Positions 50,854 to 61,376 of a stretch of DNA of 64,000 nucleotides are shown here, piece by piece. The stretch covers positions 64-64,063 of the forward strand of contig JBIOED010000002.1 of assembly GCA_044445675.1 (NCBI GenBank), given 5' to 3'. Under the pieces are notes generated by a model. The model saw only the letters and a list, made by a program, of their open reading frames with translations, was not told the DNA's origin and searched no databases. Every line of letters begins with the position of its first letter. The stretch's first letter is position 1. The position numbers and the translations under genes are program-made. This DNA comes from Caulobacterales bacterium. Its GTDB lineage: Bacteria; Pseudomonadota; Alphaproteobacteria; Caulobacterales; Caulobacteraceae.

Positions 50854-51018
50854 CTAGTGTGCTGGATCTGAAGTTCGCCTGCTCCACGGGCCACGCGCCG
50901 AGCGAACTTCAGATCCAAGAAGCACACTAGAAACATAGACTTGCTAGTGTCCTCCTCGATTCCGAAGTTAGCCAAAGCCCGCCGCAAGTGCTTGCGAACT
51001 TCGGAATCGGGACACTAG
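50854..51018. repeat. CTAG-bounded double-hairpin intergenic element (RIME/MITE-like)
   Basis: Hairpin 1 50854-50930 (CTAGTGTGCT..GGATCTGAAGTTCGC/GCGAACTTCAGATCC..AGCACACTAG); hairpin 2 50944-51018 (CTAGTGTCC..CGATTCCGAAGTT/AACTTCGGAATCG.GGACACTAG). Confidence 0.85.
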
Positions 51019-51051
51019 AGGAAGCTCCCCTTCTCATCAGGCGTCCAACCC

Positions 51052-52128
<1,077 letters not shown>

Positions 52129-52309
52129 GAAGATAACTCGATCATCACCCGGGAGCGTCGTCGCCGGCGATGAGGATCGCAAATTAGTTCGACGATCAAG
52201 GCGACCGGCTTCGCGCCGGAGACGACCGAGATCTTGCGGTGACGCAGCATTCCGCGACGGGCCCCAAGCCGCCCATCTTGGCGATCGCGACAATGCCGGA
52301 GTGCGCGCC

Positions 52310-52996
52310 CTAGATTTGCAATTCTGCTTTCGATGATGGGCTGCTTTGCCCCAGGCGTGGCTCTGTCCCGGCCAGCAGCCGCTGGATATTGGCGCGATGG
52401 CGCACGATCACGTAAAGGCCGCCTGCGATCACCAGTAACCGATAGGGCAACGGTTGCTCCAGGCTGCAGATGAGAGCGATCGCAGTCAATGCCGCCAGTA
52501 TAGAGCCAAGGGAAACGACCCGAAAAATAGCCAACACCGCGCCAAAGGCCGTCGCGGCGCCTAAACCTACGGGCCAGGAAATCGCCAGCAACACGCCTAG
52601 CCCCGTCGCCGCGGACTTGCCGCCCGTAAAATTCAACCAGATCGAACGGCCATGCCCCAACAACACGGCAAGTCCGGCCAGGCAAACAGCCCAAGGAATC
52701 CAGGTTTTCAGATCAGGCGCTGTCGGTGACGTGAGGGCCGGCAACGCATAGAGCCAGGGATAGAGCCAGCGGACAAAGACGATCGCCCCCACACCTTTCA
52801 GCACATCTACCAGGATCACCACCAGCGCCGGCCATTTCCCCAGCGTTCGCAGTACGTTCGTCGCTCCAATGGATTTGGAGCCGTGTTCTCGGATATCAAT
52901 GCCCTTGAGCAGTTTCCCCGCCAGATAGCCTGTGGGCGTGGACCCGAGGAGGTAGGCGACCCCCAATCCCACCACGCTGGCTATCCAGAAGACCAT
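52310..52996 (-). CDS. plsY: glycerol-3-phosphate acyltransferase PlsY (atypical composition)
   Basis: AYLLGS, DIREHGS..IGATNVLR, DVLKG, LGH, FTGGKSAAT, RHRANIQRL..GTE. Confidence 0.93.
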   Translation of the reverse strand: MVFWIASVVGLGVAYLLGSTPTGYLAGKLLKGIDIREHGSKSIGATNVLRTLGKWPALVVILVDVLKGVGAIVFVRWLYPWLYALPALTSPTAPDLKTWIPWAVCLAGLAVLLGHGRSIWLNFTGGKSAATGLGVLLAISWPVGLGAATAFGAVLAIFRVVSLGSILAALTAIALICSLEQPLPYRLLVIAGGLYVIVRHRANIQRLLAGTEPRLGQSSPSSKAELQI

Positions 52997-53045
52997 GGAG
53001 TCACCTCGAGGCTCAAAGTTCAGGCCATCATCATTTGGCTCGTCT

Positions 53046-53121
53046 AAGCTTGCCGCCAATTACCTTGCCTTCGTCCGGCTTGCGTCAATCAGCTTGTTGC
53101 GCCTTGGCGAGTTCGCACGCT
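53046..53121 (+). mobile_element. IS5-family transposase C-terminal remnant
   Basis: Reads KLAANYLAFVRLASISLLR..E, matching the IS5-family C-terminal pattern (D)KLAANYLAFV.LASIR.WLR. Confidence 0.65.
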
Positions 53122-54133
53122 GCGCCGCCGGAGCCCCGCCAGCGGCCTGGTTCTCGATCTCGGAGTTGAACTCCGCGCCCAGCAGCACGATGGCCAGGGA
53201 CAGCCAGATCCAGGTCATGAAGCCGACGATCGCGCCCAGCGACCCATAGGTCCTGTCGTAGTGCCCGAACCGGCCGACATAGACGGAAAAGCCCAGCGAC
53301 ATGGCCAGCCACACGACCGCCGCGAGCACGCCGCCCGGCGTGATCCAGCGCCAGCGCGCCCCGCGCCGCGAGGGCGCGAAGCGGTACAGCACCGACAGCA
53401 GGCCCGCCGTCGCGACGAGCAGCAGCGGCCACCGCAGGACGCTCGCGCCCGGCGACATCTGCAGGTGCAGCACCGCCAGCACCTCGGGGACCGCGACGAT
53501 CACGCTCATCGCCACGATGGCGAACAGGATCGCGCCCGCCGTGAACGCCAGCGACAACAGGTTGAGCGCGATGAAATTGCGCCGCTCGCGCAGTTCATAG
53601 GCGACGTTCAGGCCGGCGATCAGGCCCTTCATGCCGGCGTTGGCGCTCCACACCGACAGCAGCAGGCTGATCAGGAACGTAAGGCCAAGGCTGGCGTGCG
53701 AGGTCGTCGCCAGCCGGGTGATCTGCTCGCTGAGCACGCTGACGCCGCCTGCCGGCAACACCCCCTGCAGGGCGGCGATCTGGCGCTGGGCGCCCTGGAC
53801 GTCGCCCACCAGCCCGTAGAGCGAGACGAAGACGCCCAGCGCCGGGAACAGCGCCAGCAGGGCGAAGAAGGCGGAGCCTGCCGCCACGGCCACGATCCGA
53901 TCCTCGTTGAACTCGGCGATCGTCCGCCGCAGGATCGCCATCCAGCCCCGCCGGCCGACCTGCGCCGGAGACCCGGCCTGTCGGCCCAGGGCCGGATGCG
54001 CCGTCCGCGGCGCCGCCGCGCGATCCACGAACACGGTCGCCAGGCCGATCAAGATTCCGATCGCCAGCGCGCCCAGCCGATCCAGGCGCGGCGTCTGTTT
54101 CCGCTCCATCCGCGGGCGTTGGCCGGTCGTCAT
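53060..54133 (-). CDS. YihY/virulence factor BrkB-family membrane protein
   Basis: AAGSAFFALLALFP, LNVAY, LYRFAP, YDRTYGSLGA, LLGAEFN. Confidence 0.92.
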   Translation of the reverse strand: MTTGQRPRMERKQTPRLDRLGALAIGILIGLATVFVDRAAAPRTAHPALGRQAGSPAQVGRRGWMAILRRTIAEFNEDRIVAVAAGSAFFALLALFPALGVFVSLYGLVGDVQGAQRQIAALQGVLPAGGVSVLSEQITRLATTSHASLGLTFLISLLLSVWSANAGMKGLIAGLNVAYELRERRNFIALNLLSLAFTAGAILFAIVAMSVIVAVPEVLAVLHLQMSPGASVLRWPLLLVATAGLLSVLYRFAPSRRGARWRWITPGGVLAAVVWLAMSLGFSVYVGRFGHYDRTYGSLGAIVGFMTWIWLSLAIVLLGAEFNSEIENQAAGGAPAAQRANSPRRNKLIDASRTKAR

Positions 54134-54169
54134 GCAGCGTGCTCGCGGTGGTCGGTTGCCTCGCCGCTC

Positions 54170-54195
54170 AAGGCGGACCTGCGCTATCCGGTTCC
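54170..54195 (-). promoter_or_regulatory. possible EcfG/sigmaT promoter of the yihY-like gene
   Basis: GGAAC-N17-CCTT (one mismatch to CGTT). Confidence 0.5.
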
Positions 54196-54259
54196 CTCGC
54201 TCGGGGCTCCGCGTCCGTTTCGCTTGTCGGCGCAGCCCTCATGCGGCAAGGCGTGGACC

Positions 54260-55063
54260 ATGAGCGGTCACATCGCGGCCATCTTCCGCCACCCGGTGAA
54301 GGGCTTCACGCCCGAGGCGCTGGAGGCGGTGCAGCTCGCGCCCGGCGAGGGCTTCCCGCACGACCGCATCTGGGCCGTGGAGAACGGCCCCTCGGGCTTC
54401 GATCCCGCCGCGCCCGCCTTCACGCCCAAGCAGAAGTTCACCGTCCTGGCGCACATTCCCAAGGTCGCGGCCGCCCGCACCCGCTATGACGCCGCGAGCG
54501 GCGTCCTTCACGCCACCGGCCCGGACGGCCGGGCCTTCGCCGGCCGCCTGGGCGATGAGGCCGGCAAGCAAGCCTTCGCCGCCTGGCTGAGCGAATGGCT
54601 GGCCGAAGACCTGCGGGGGCCGCTGCGCGTGGTCGAGGGGCCGGCCAACCACCGCTTTACCGACCATCCGCAGGGGCAGGTGTCCATCGTCAACCTGGCC
54701 AGCGTCCGCGACCTCGGCCGGCGCATGGGCGCCGAACTCGACCCCTTGCGGTTCCGCGCCAACCTCTATGTGGACGGCTGGCCGCCATGGGCCGAGAACG
54801 GCTGGACGGACCAGGCGATGATGCTCGGCTGGGCGCGCGCCCGGGTCTTCAAGCCCATCGTCCGCTGCCTGGCGACCCACGTCGACCCGGTCACCGCCCA
54901 GCGCGACCTCGACGTCACCAAGGCGCTGTTCGACAACTTCGGCGACATGCATTGCGGCGTCTACGTGCGGGTGACGTCGGCCGGCGCCGTCGGGCTGGGC
55001 GACGCGGCCACCGCGCCCGCCGTGGAGCCCGCGCCGCACGAGGAGGCGCCGCAATGGGCCTGA
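54260..55063 (+). CDS. MOSC-domain protein
   Basis: RHPVKG, HDR.WA, RFRANL, RCLAT. Confidence 0.9.
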   Translation: MSGHIAAIFRHPVKGFTPEALEAVQLAPGEGFPHDRIWAVENGPSGFDPAAPAFTPKQKFTVLAHIPKVAAARTRYDAASGVLHATGPDGRAFAGRLGDEAGKQAFAAWLSEWLAEDLRGPLRVVEGPANHRFTDHPQGQVSIVNLASVRDLGRRMGAELDPLRFRANLYVDGWPPWAENGWTDQAMMLGWARARVFKPIVRCLATHVDPVTAQRDLDVTKALFDNFGDMHCGVYVRVTSAGAVGLGDAATAPAVEPAPHEEAPQWA

Positions 55064-55917
55064 CCCTGGTGCAGGCCTGGCAGGCCGCCCGCCGGCGGCT
55101 GGAGGCCGCGGGGCTTGCCGGCCCGGTGATCGACGCGCGCCTGCTGGTCGAGGTCGCCGCCGGCGCCACCCGCGCCGACATCGTCGCCGATCCGCACCGC
55201 GCCCTGACGCCCGAGCAGGAGGCCACCCTCGACGACTACCTCGCCCGCCGCGAGCGCCGCGAACCGGTCAGCCATATCCTGGGCCGCAAGGGCTTCTGGA
55301 AGATCATGCTGAACGTCACGCCCGACGTGCTCACCCCGCGGCCCGATACCGAGACGGTCGTGGAATGGGTGCTGCGCGACTTCCCCGAACACGCCGCGCG
55401 GTCGGTGCTGGACCTGGGCGTGGGCTCAGGCGCCATCCTGCTGTCGATCCTGGCCGAGCGGCCCGCCGCCCGCGGCCTGGGCGTCGACGTCTCGGAGGAG
55501 GCGTTGGCGGTGGCGCGCGACAACGCCGCCCACCTGGGCCTCGCCGGCCGCGTGGCGCTGCTGCGCAGCGACTGGACCGAGGGCCTGGCCGACGCCAACT
55601 TCGACCTGGTCGTCTCCAATCCGCCGTACATCGCCAGCGCGGTCATCGAAACCCTGGAGCCGGAGGTGCGCGATCACGAGCCGCGCATCGCCCTGGAGGG
55701 CGGCCCCGACGGCCTGATGCACTATCGCCGCCTCGCCCCGGAGATCCTGCGGGTGCTGAAGCCCGGCGGCCGCTTCGCCGTGGAGATCGGCTACGACCAG
55801 AAAGACGCCGTCGAAGCCCTGTTCCGCGAGGCCGGCGCGGCCGAAGTCCAGACGCTCCGCGACCTCGGCGATCGGGACAGGGTTGTCGCAGGCGTGAAAA
55901 AGGCCTTGGAAAGCTGA
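55054..55917 (+). CDS. prmC: release factor glutamine methyltransferase
   Basis: EPVSHILG, PRPDTE, DLGVGSG, SNPPY, ALEGGPDG. Confidence 0.95.
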   Translation: MGLTLVQAWQAARRRLEAAGLAGPVIDARLLVEVAAGATRADIVADPHRALTPEQEATLDDYLARRERREPVSHILGRKGFWKIMLNVTPDVLTPRPDTETVVEWVLRDFPEHAARSVLDLGVGSGAILLSILAERPAARGLGVDVSEEALAVARDNAAHLGLAGRVALLRSDWTEGLADANFDLVVSNPPYIASAVIETLEPEVRDHEPRIALEGGPDGLMHYRRLAPEILRVLKPGGRFAVEIGYDQKDAVEALFREAGAAEVQTLRDLGDRDRVVAGVKKALES

Positions 55918-56174
55918 GCCCGACTCGCTACTTAAGACGGGTCTCCACCCAAATCGTCGGCTTCAGGTAGAGGCGTCCCGAGAAGGGCGCACGCTGGTCT
56001 CGACAGGGCGCGATGGCTTCCAAGGCCTCTCGCTCTAAGGCTTCCGGGCGGAAGACGGGGAACACTTAGCGTCTTCAAAATCGAAACCGGGCCAGGCGCC
56101 CGATCCCGCTGAAGACTAGCGCAGGCCGCCCTGATCAGGGTCCGGCCGTAGGGAAACAAGACGGTTATTAGATA

Positions 56175-57239
56175 ATGAGAGATTTCAAGGGTATGAAGCG
56201 TCAGCGCGGCCGTAACCGCGGCGGCGGAAGCAGCGGCGGCGGGGGCGGCGGCAAGCCGCAGGCCCAGAACGCCAACCGGGCGTTCGATTCCAACGGTCCC
56301 GAGGGCTCCAAGGTCCGCGGCAACGCCCAGCACGTCTTCGAGAAGTACCAGCAGCTCGCCCGCGACGCCTCGGCGGCCGGCGACCGGGTGCTCGGCGAGA
56401 ACTACCTGCAGCATGCCGAGCACTATTTCCGCCTGCTTCGGGCCATGCAGCCCACCCGCCCGGCCAGCGAGATCCTCGGCCGCGACCACTTCTCCTCCGG
56501 CTTCGACATCGATTTCGAGGACGAGGGCGCCCAGGCCCAGTCGGAGGCCGCCGACCTGGCGTCCGCCGAGGCCGGCGAGACGCCGGAGAGCTGGCAGGCC
56601 CGCGAAAACGGCGGCGGCGAGCGTCCCCGCGACGACAGCCGGCCCCCGCAGCGCGACGACCGGCCCAGAGAGGGACAACGGGACGGGCAGCGCGACGCAC
56701 CACGCGACGACCGCCCGCGCTATGAGAACCGCGACCGCAACGACAATGGCGGCGGCGCCAACGGCCAGGGCGGCCGCCGCGACCGCCCGTGGCGCGACGA
56801 GCCGCGTGGCGATCAGCCTCGGGGCGATCAGCCGCGGGGCGACCAGCCGCGCGCCGACCGTCCCCGCTACGACCGGGACGACCGTCCCAAGGACTCGCAG
56901 CGCGACGGCCAACCTCGTGACGCCCAACCTCGCGACGCTCAGCCCCGCGAGGATCGGCCGCAGCGTGAGGACCGTCCCCGCTTCGACCGCAACCGCGACG
57001 ACCGCGCCGAGCGGGACCCGCTGGCCGTGGTCGAACCGCAGGCCCAGGCCCCGCTGGCCGCGCCCGCGCCCGAGCGCAAGGCCCGCGTGCTCCGCGACAG
57101 CGACGGCGGCGAAAGCCATGCGCCGGCCTTCCTGCAGGCTCCCGCCCCGCGTACCGACGCCGACGAGGCCCCCAAGCCCCGCCGCCGCCGCGCGCCGCGC
57201 GCCGAAGGGTCCGCGGCGAGCAAGACCGAAGAAGCTTAA
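56175..57239 (+). CDS. DUF4167-domain protein with disordered R/D-rich tail
   Basis: FDSNGPEGSKVRGNAQHVFEKYQQLARDA...ENYLQHAEHYFR; downstream of prmC. Confidence 0.9.
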   Translation: MRDFKGMKRQRGRNRGGGSSGGGGGGKPQAQNANRAFDSNGPEGSKVRGNAQHVFEKYQQLARDASAAGDRVLGENYLQHAEHYFRLLRAMQPTRPASEILGRDHFSSGFDIDFEDEGAQAQSEAADLASAEAGETPESWQARENGGGERPRDDSRPPQRDDRPREGQRDGQRDAPRDDRPRYENRDRNDNGGGANGQGGRRDRPWRDEPRGDQPRGDQPRGDQPRADRPRYDRDDRPKDSQRDGQPRDAQPRDAQPREDRPQREDRPRFDRNRDDRAERDPLAVVEPQAQAPLAAPAPERKARVLRDSDGGESHAPAFLQAPAPRTDADEAPKPRRRRAPRAEGSAASKTEEA

Positions 57240-57279
57240 CCCTTAGACGCTCCCCTCGGGCAGGACAGCATCTGCGCCC

Positions 57280-59397
57280 TCAGAACGCCTTCGACACCCC
57301 GGCGAAGAAGCCCCGCCGGGGGCCGAACTGCGGCGCGCCGACGCCGATGCCCGACCCGTCGCGGATGGCGTATTTCTCGTCGAAGACGTTGGTCACATCG
57401 GCCCTCAGCGTCAGGGGGCCGCCCGGCAGGCCGGTGAACTCGTGCGCCGCGCCCAGGTTGACCTGGATATAGCCGGGCTGATGGCCGCTGTTGGGCGGCG
57501 CGCCATCCGGGGTCCTTCTCAGGCCCGAACCGTAGATCAGGTCCGCTGACACCCGCGTGCCTTCGCCGAACCGATAGGCGAAACCGGCCGATCCCGTGTA
57601 GGTCTGGTCGTGGTCCAGGGCGATGAAGTGGTCGTGGATGAAGGCCAGATCACCGGGATCGAAGTTGAACTGGCTGGAGATGATGTCCTTGCCCTTGGCC
57701 TGCGCGATCGCGAAATTGCCATAGGCGCTGAAGGGTCCGCCAACATAGTTGGCGCTGAATTCCACGCCCCTGGCGTAGCCTTCGCGGTAGTTGAAGGGCG
57801 TCAGGATGATCGGGGCGCCGAACTGGCCTTCATCGACCAGGTTCTTGGCCTCCTTGTAGTAGGTGTCGATACCGAGCGTCAGGCCGCCCCACCTCTGCGC
57901 GACCCCGAGGTCGAAATAGCTGTCGCGCTCCGACCGCGGCAGGTCGTTCCGGGTTCCGGGCGGCTCGGCGCTGGTGCCGTTGAACTTCGCAAAGACGGTC
58001 GAGGCCACTAGTTCGAAAGGCGGCGGCGAGAAATAGCGGGCATAGCCGGCGTGGAAAGTGGTCCCGTCCACGGGCTTCCAGACCAGGTTCGCCCGCGGCG
58101 ACAGCTGGTTCTCCCTGCGGAAGGCGTCCAGTTGGTCGAACCGCAGGCCGTAGTTCAGCGTGAGGCTGTCGGCGAGCGCCCACTCGTCTTCCAGATAGGC
58201 CGAATAGGTCCAGGCCGTCGCGTTGCTGTCGTCGGTGATGGCTTCCGCCGCCGAGCCGATCTGCGCGCCGGCGCTGTCCAGTGCGAAGGCCTGCGAGTTG
58301 GTCTTGCTGGTGGTGTGGTCGGTGGACACGATCACGCCGCCGCGGATCGTGTGCGCGTCATTGAGCTTGTAGACCCCCTCGAGCTGGGTCCCGAACGTAA
58401 AGTCGGTCTTGCGGGCGGCCTGGGCGATGCCGTTGAACAACAGCTCGCCGGTCACGTCAGGGGTGTAGCGCAGCTCCGAATACCGGGCGAAGAACGAGGC
58501 CTGGCCAGTGAATTTGTCGGTGGTCTTCAGGTAGGTGGCGATCCCGTAGGTGGTGCCCTCCCGCTGGCTCTGGTTCAACCGTTCCGAGGGAACGGCAGTG
58601 ACGCCGTTCTGGCTGAACCCCAGGCTCGGCAGCAGACCGGAGACGTCGGGAATCTTGAACTCCTGCTGCGAGGTTCCGGCGATCACCGAGAGGCGGCTGG
58701 TGTCGTCCAGGATATGGTCCAGATAGCCGAACGCCTGGGACTGGTCGGAGTGGTCGTGCAGCGGCGTGCCGCGCCCGTCGGGGCTCTCGATCCCGACATC
58801 CGTGCCCGTGTAGCTGGCGGACAAGAAGCCGCTGGTGGCGCCCGAGGAGCCGCCGTACTCGATGGACGGCTCGATCATGCCATGGCTGCCGCCGTAGACT
58901 CCGATCTCTCCGCCGTTCCTAAAGCCGCTCTTGGTGGTGATGTTGAGGACGCCGGCGGTCCGCAGGCCATATTGCGCGGGCACGGCGCCAGTGATCAGCT
59001 CGATGTTGGCCGCCAGCCGGGGCGACAGGGTCTGGCCGAACACCTGCAAGCCTTCCGGAAGGATCACGTTGTTCAGCCGGTACTGGATGTTGCCGTGGTC
59101 GCCGCGCACGTGCAGTTGGCCGAAGCTATCCTGCGCTACCCCTGGCGCCTGCAACACGACCTGGTTGAGCTGAGTGTTGGCCCCGCTGGGTAGGTTGTTT
59201 ATGAAGGCCTCCGGCAGCGAATAGCTTGTAGCGCCCAGCGCCGGCTCGATGGCCGAGCGCGCCGTATCAAGCCGCTGGGCGGTGACGACGATCTCGGAGA
59301 CCTGGCCAGGCGCCGGCGCAGCTGTCTGGGCATAGGCGGAGGTTGCAGCCAGGACGGTCGCGCTCACGGCCGCCGGCAGCAGGAGTTTCTGCGTCAT
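57280..59397 (-). CDS. TonB-dependent receptor (probably Zur-regulated)
   Basis: Signal peptide, TonB box EIVVTA, LNYGLRFD, NVFDEKY, C-terminal F. Confidence 0.93.
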   Translation of the reverse strand: MTQKLLLPAAVSATVLAATSAYAQTAAPAPGQVSEIVVTAQRLDTARSAIEPALGATSYSLPEAFINNLPSGANTQLNQVVLQAPGVAQDSFGQLHVRGDHGNIQYRLNNVILPEGLQVFGQTLSPRLAANIELITGAVPAQYGLRTAGVLNITTKSGFRNGGEIGVYGGSHGMIEPSIEYGGSSGATSGFLSASYTGTDVGIESPDGRGTPLHDHSDQSQAFGYLDHILDDTSRLSVIAGTSQQEFKIPDVSGLLPSLGFSQNGVTAVPSERLNQSQREGTTYGIATYLKTTDKFTGQASFFARYSELRYTPDVTGELLFNGIAQAARKTDFTFGTQLEGVYKLNDAHTIRGGVIVSTDHTTSKTNSQAFALDSAGAQIGSAAEAITDDSNATAWTYSAYLEDEWALADSLTLNYGLRFDQLDAFRRENQLSPRANLVWKPVDGTTFHAGYARYFSPPPFELVASTVFAKFNGTSAEPPGTRNDLPRSERDSYFDLGVAQRWGGLTLGIDTYYKEAKNLVDEGQFGAPIILTPFNYREGYARGVEFSANYVGGPFSAYGNFAIAQAKGKDIISSQFNFDPGDLAFIHDHFIALDHDQTYTGSAGFAYRFGEGTRVSADLIYGSGLRRTPDGAPPNSGHQPGYIQVNLGAAHEFTGLPGGPLTLRADVTNVFDEKYAIRDGSGIGVGAPQFGPRRGFFAGVSKAF

Positions 59398-59431
59398 TGC
59401 ATCCCTCGAATTTCCGGACGCCATCAGCGCC

Positions 59432-59468
59432 GTTATGTGATAACATACCTGTTATGAAATAACATAAC
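59432..59468. promoter_or_regulatory. two tandem Zur boxes
   Basis: GTTATGTGATAACATACC and GTTATGAAATAACATAAC, near-palindromic matches to GTTATGTTATAACATAAC. Confidence 0.85.
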
Positions 59469-59529
59469 GCGTCGTCAAGCCGTGCTTTCAACATTGCGGC
59501 GCAGGCGTCGGGAGCGTTACGTGACGGAC

Positions 59530-60015
59530 ATGCATTCGCCGGACTGCAAGCACGAGGACGGCGCCCACCCGGGGCTCAAGGACCACGCGCTGCGCCGGGC
59601 GCTCAGCGCGGCGGAGCACCGCTGCCTGGACACCCAGCAACGCCTAACGGCCCCGCGCCGCCGGGTTCTGGAGTTGCTGTTGGAAGGGGACGGCCCCTTG
59701 AAGGCCTACGACCTGATCGCGGCCTACGGCGAGGGCGGCGAGCCGGCCAAGCCGCCCACCGTCTACCGCGCCCTGGACTTCCTCGAACGACTGGGCTTCG
59801 CCCATCGGATCGAAAGCCTCAACGCCTATGTCCCCTGCCGCCTGGATGGCGAGGGCCATGCGGCGGCCTTCCTGATCTGCGACTGCTGCGGCGCCGCAGA
59901 GGAGTTCGAGCCGGACTTCACCCCCGGTCGCGCGGCGGCCGCGGCCAAGGGCTATGCGGTGAGCTCCGTCACCCTCGAAGCCCGCGGCCTCTGCCCGGCG
60001 TGTCAGGCCGGGTGA
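59530..60015 (+). CDS. zur: zinc uptake regulator (Fur family)
   Basis: LKAYDL, PPTVYRALDFL, HRIESLNAY, FLICDCCG, CPAC. Confidence 0.9.
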   Translation: MHSPDCKHEDGAHPGLKDHALRRALSAAEHRCLDTQQRLTAPRRRVLELLLEGDGPLKAYDLIAAYGEGGEPAKPPTVYRALDFLERLGFAHRIESLNAYVPCRLDGEGHAAAFLICDCCGAAEEFEPDFTPGRAAAAAKGYAVSSVTLEARGLCPACQAG

Positions 60016-60482
60016 GGCGTCAGATTTATCTGGACTGCGACGGGGTGCTGGCGGATTTCGACAGGTCCGCCGAAACGATCCTTGGCGCGCCCAGCCGCAT
60101 CTTCGAGACGCGGCACGGCGCGGGCCCGTTCTGGCGCAGGCTCGCCAACGCCGACGGCTTCTTCGAAAACCTCGACCCGATGCCCGACGCCTTCGAGCTC
60201 TATGAGGCCGTGAGGGCCAAGGCCCCGGTCATCCTGACCGGCATGCCGCATGGCAAGTGGGCCGAGCCGCAGAAGCGCCGCTGGGCCGCGCGCCACTTCC
60301 CGGGTGTCCCGGTGATCGCCACCACGGCGGTCCTGAAGCGCCAACACTGCCAGCCCGGCGACGTCCTGGTCGACGACCGCGACCAGCACCGCCGCCTTTG
60401 GGAACAGGCCGGCGGCCTCTTCATCCACCACAAATCCGCCGCCGCCTCGATCGCCGCGCTGAAGGCGGCGGGCTATATTTGA
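60012..60482 (+). CDS. HAD-superfamily 5'(3')-nucleotidase-like protein
   Basis: IYLDCDGVLADF, ILTG, LVDDR, W..AGG.FIHH. Confidence 0.85.
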   Translation: MRRQIYLDCDGVLADFDRSAETILGAPSRIFETRHGAGPFWRRLANADGFFENLDPMPDAFELYEAVRAKAPVILTGMPHGKWAEPQKRRWAARHFPGVPVIATTAVLKRQHCQPGDVLVDDRDQHRRLWEQAGGLFIHHKSAAASIAALKAAGYI

Positions 60483-60487
60483 AACCG

Positions 60488-60554
60488 CTCCTCCCCCGAC
60501 GCGAAGACGACGGGGAAGGTGGATCGGCGCGGATAGGCGACGAGACGGAGGAGG
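60488..60554. repeat. degenerate REP half-element
   Basis: CTCCTCCCCCG...CGGGGAAGGTGG...GACGGAGGAGG resembles the arm of the 17210 element; lies between convergent genes. Confidence 0.5.
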
Positions 60555-60569
60555 CGGAGCTGGATCCCG

Positions 60570-61376
60570 CTACCAGAAAATCCCGCGCACGACCTGCACC
60601 ACGCGGCCGGTGTACTGGTCGACCATCAGGGCGTCGTCGCCGACCCGGACCCACTCGAAGCCGGGCGGCGGATAGGGCAGGTCGAAATCGGCGAAGTCGC
60701 CCAGCCAGTAGTCCTGGCCGAACCAGCCGCGCGGCAGGAAGTCACCGAAGGCCCAGGCCCGCGAATAGTAGCCATAGGGCTGGCGATAGCCACCGAGCCG
60801 GAACCGGTGCTGGCTCCAATAGACCGGCGGGAAACGGCCCTGCTCCCACCGCTCGTGATCGCCATGCTCGCCGCCCCAGCGACCGTCGCGGCCGTCGCGC
60901 CCCTCCGGCCCGCGGCCCCGCCAGGCGCCCTCGCGACCGCTTCGGTCGTCCGCGCCGCGGCCTCGCCAGTTTCGGTCGCCACCGTCGCGGGCGTCCGGCC
61001 CGCGGCCTTGCCAGGCGCCGTCGTGGCGGTCATGGCGCCCATCGCCGGCGCGCCCCGCCACGGCGGGCGGGATGACCTCATGGGGACCCCGCTGATGATC
61101 CCATTGGCGGGCCTGGCCGGCGACCGCGCCAGGACCCGCGCCGCGATCGAACCGCTGGCCCGGGGCCATTTGCGAGTCGTGACGCTGGAAATTCCCGCCC
61201 GGTCCGCCGCGCGCGCCGCCGTCCCCGTGCTGTTGCGGTTGGCCGCCAGGCGCGTGGGGGGCCTGCGCCTGCGGCGCGCGGCCCTGGTCGCCGCGGTCGT
61301 GCTCCTGCGCCAGGGCCTGTGTTCCGGCGCCGGTGAGGAGGGCCGCCGCCAGCGCCGCCTTGAAGATGGTCTTCAT
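60570..61376 (-). CDS. RcnB-family exported protein
   Basis: Signal peptide, G/R/D-rich low-complexity region, W.FGDFLP, LPYPPPGFEWVRVGDDALMVD..TG.V. Confidence 0.85.
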   Translation of the reverse strand: MKTIFKAALAAALLTGAGTQALAQEHDRGDQGRAPQAQAPHAPGGQPQQHGDGGARGGPGGNFQRHDSQMAPGQRFDRGAGPGAVAGQARQWDHQRGPHEVIPPAVAGRAGDGRHDRHDGAWQGRGPDARDGGDRNWRGRGADDRSGREGAWRGRGPEGRDGRDGRWGGEHGDHERWEQGRFPPVYWSQHRFRLGGYRQPYGYYSRAWAFGDFLPRGWFGQDYWLGDFADFDLPYPPPGFEWVRVGDDALMVDQYTGRVVQVVRGIFW

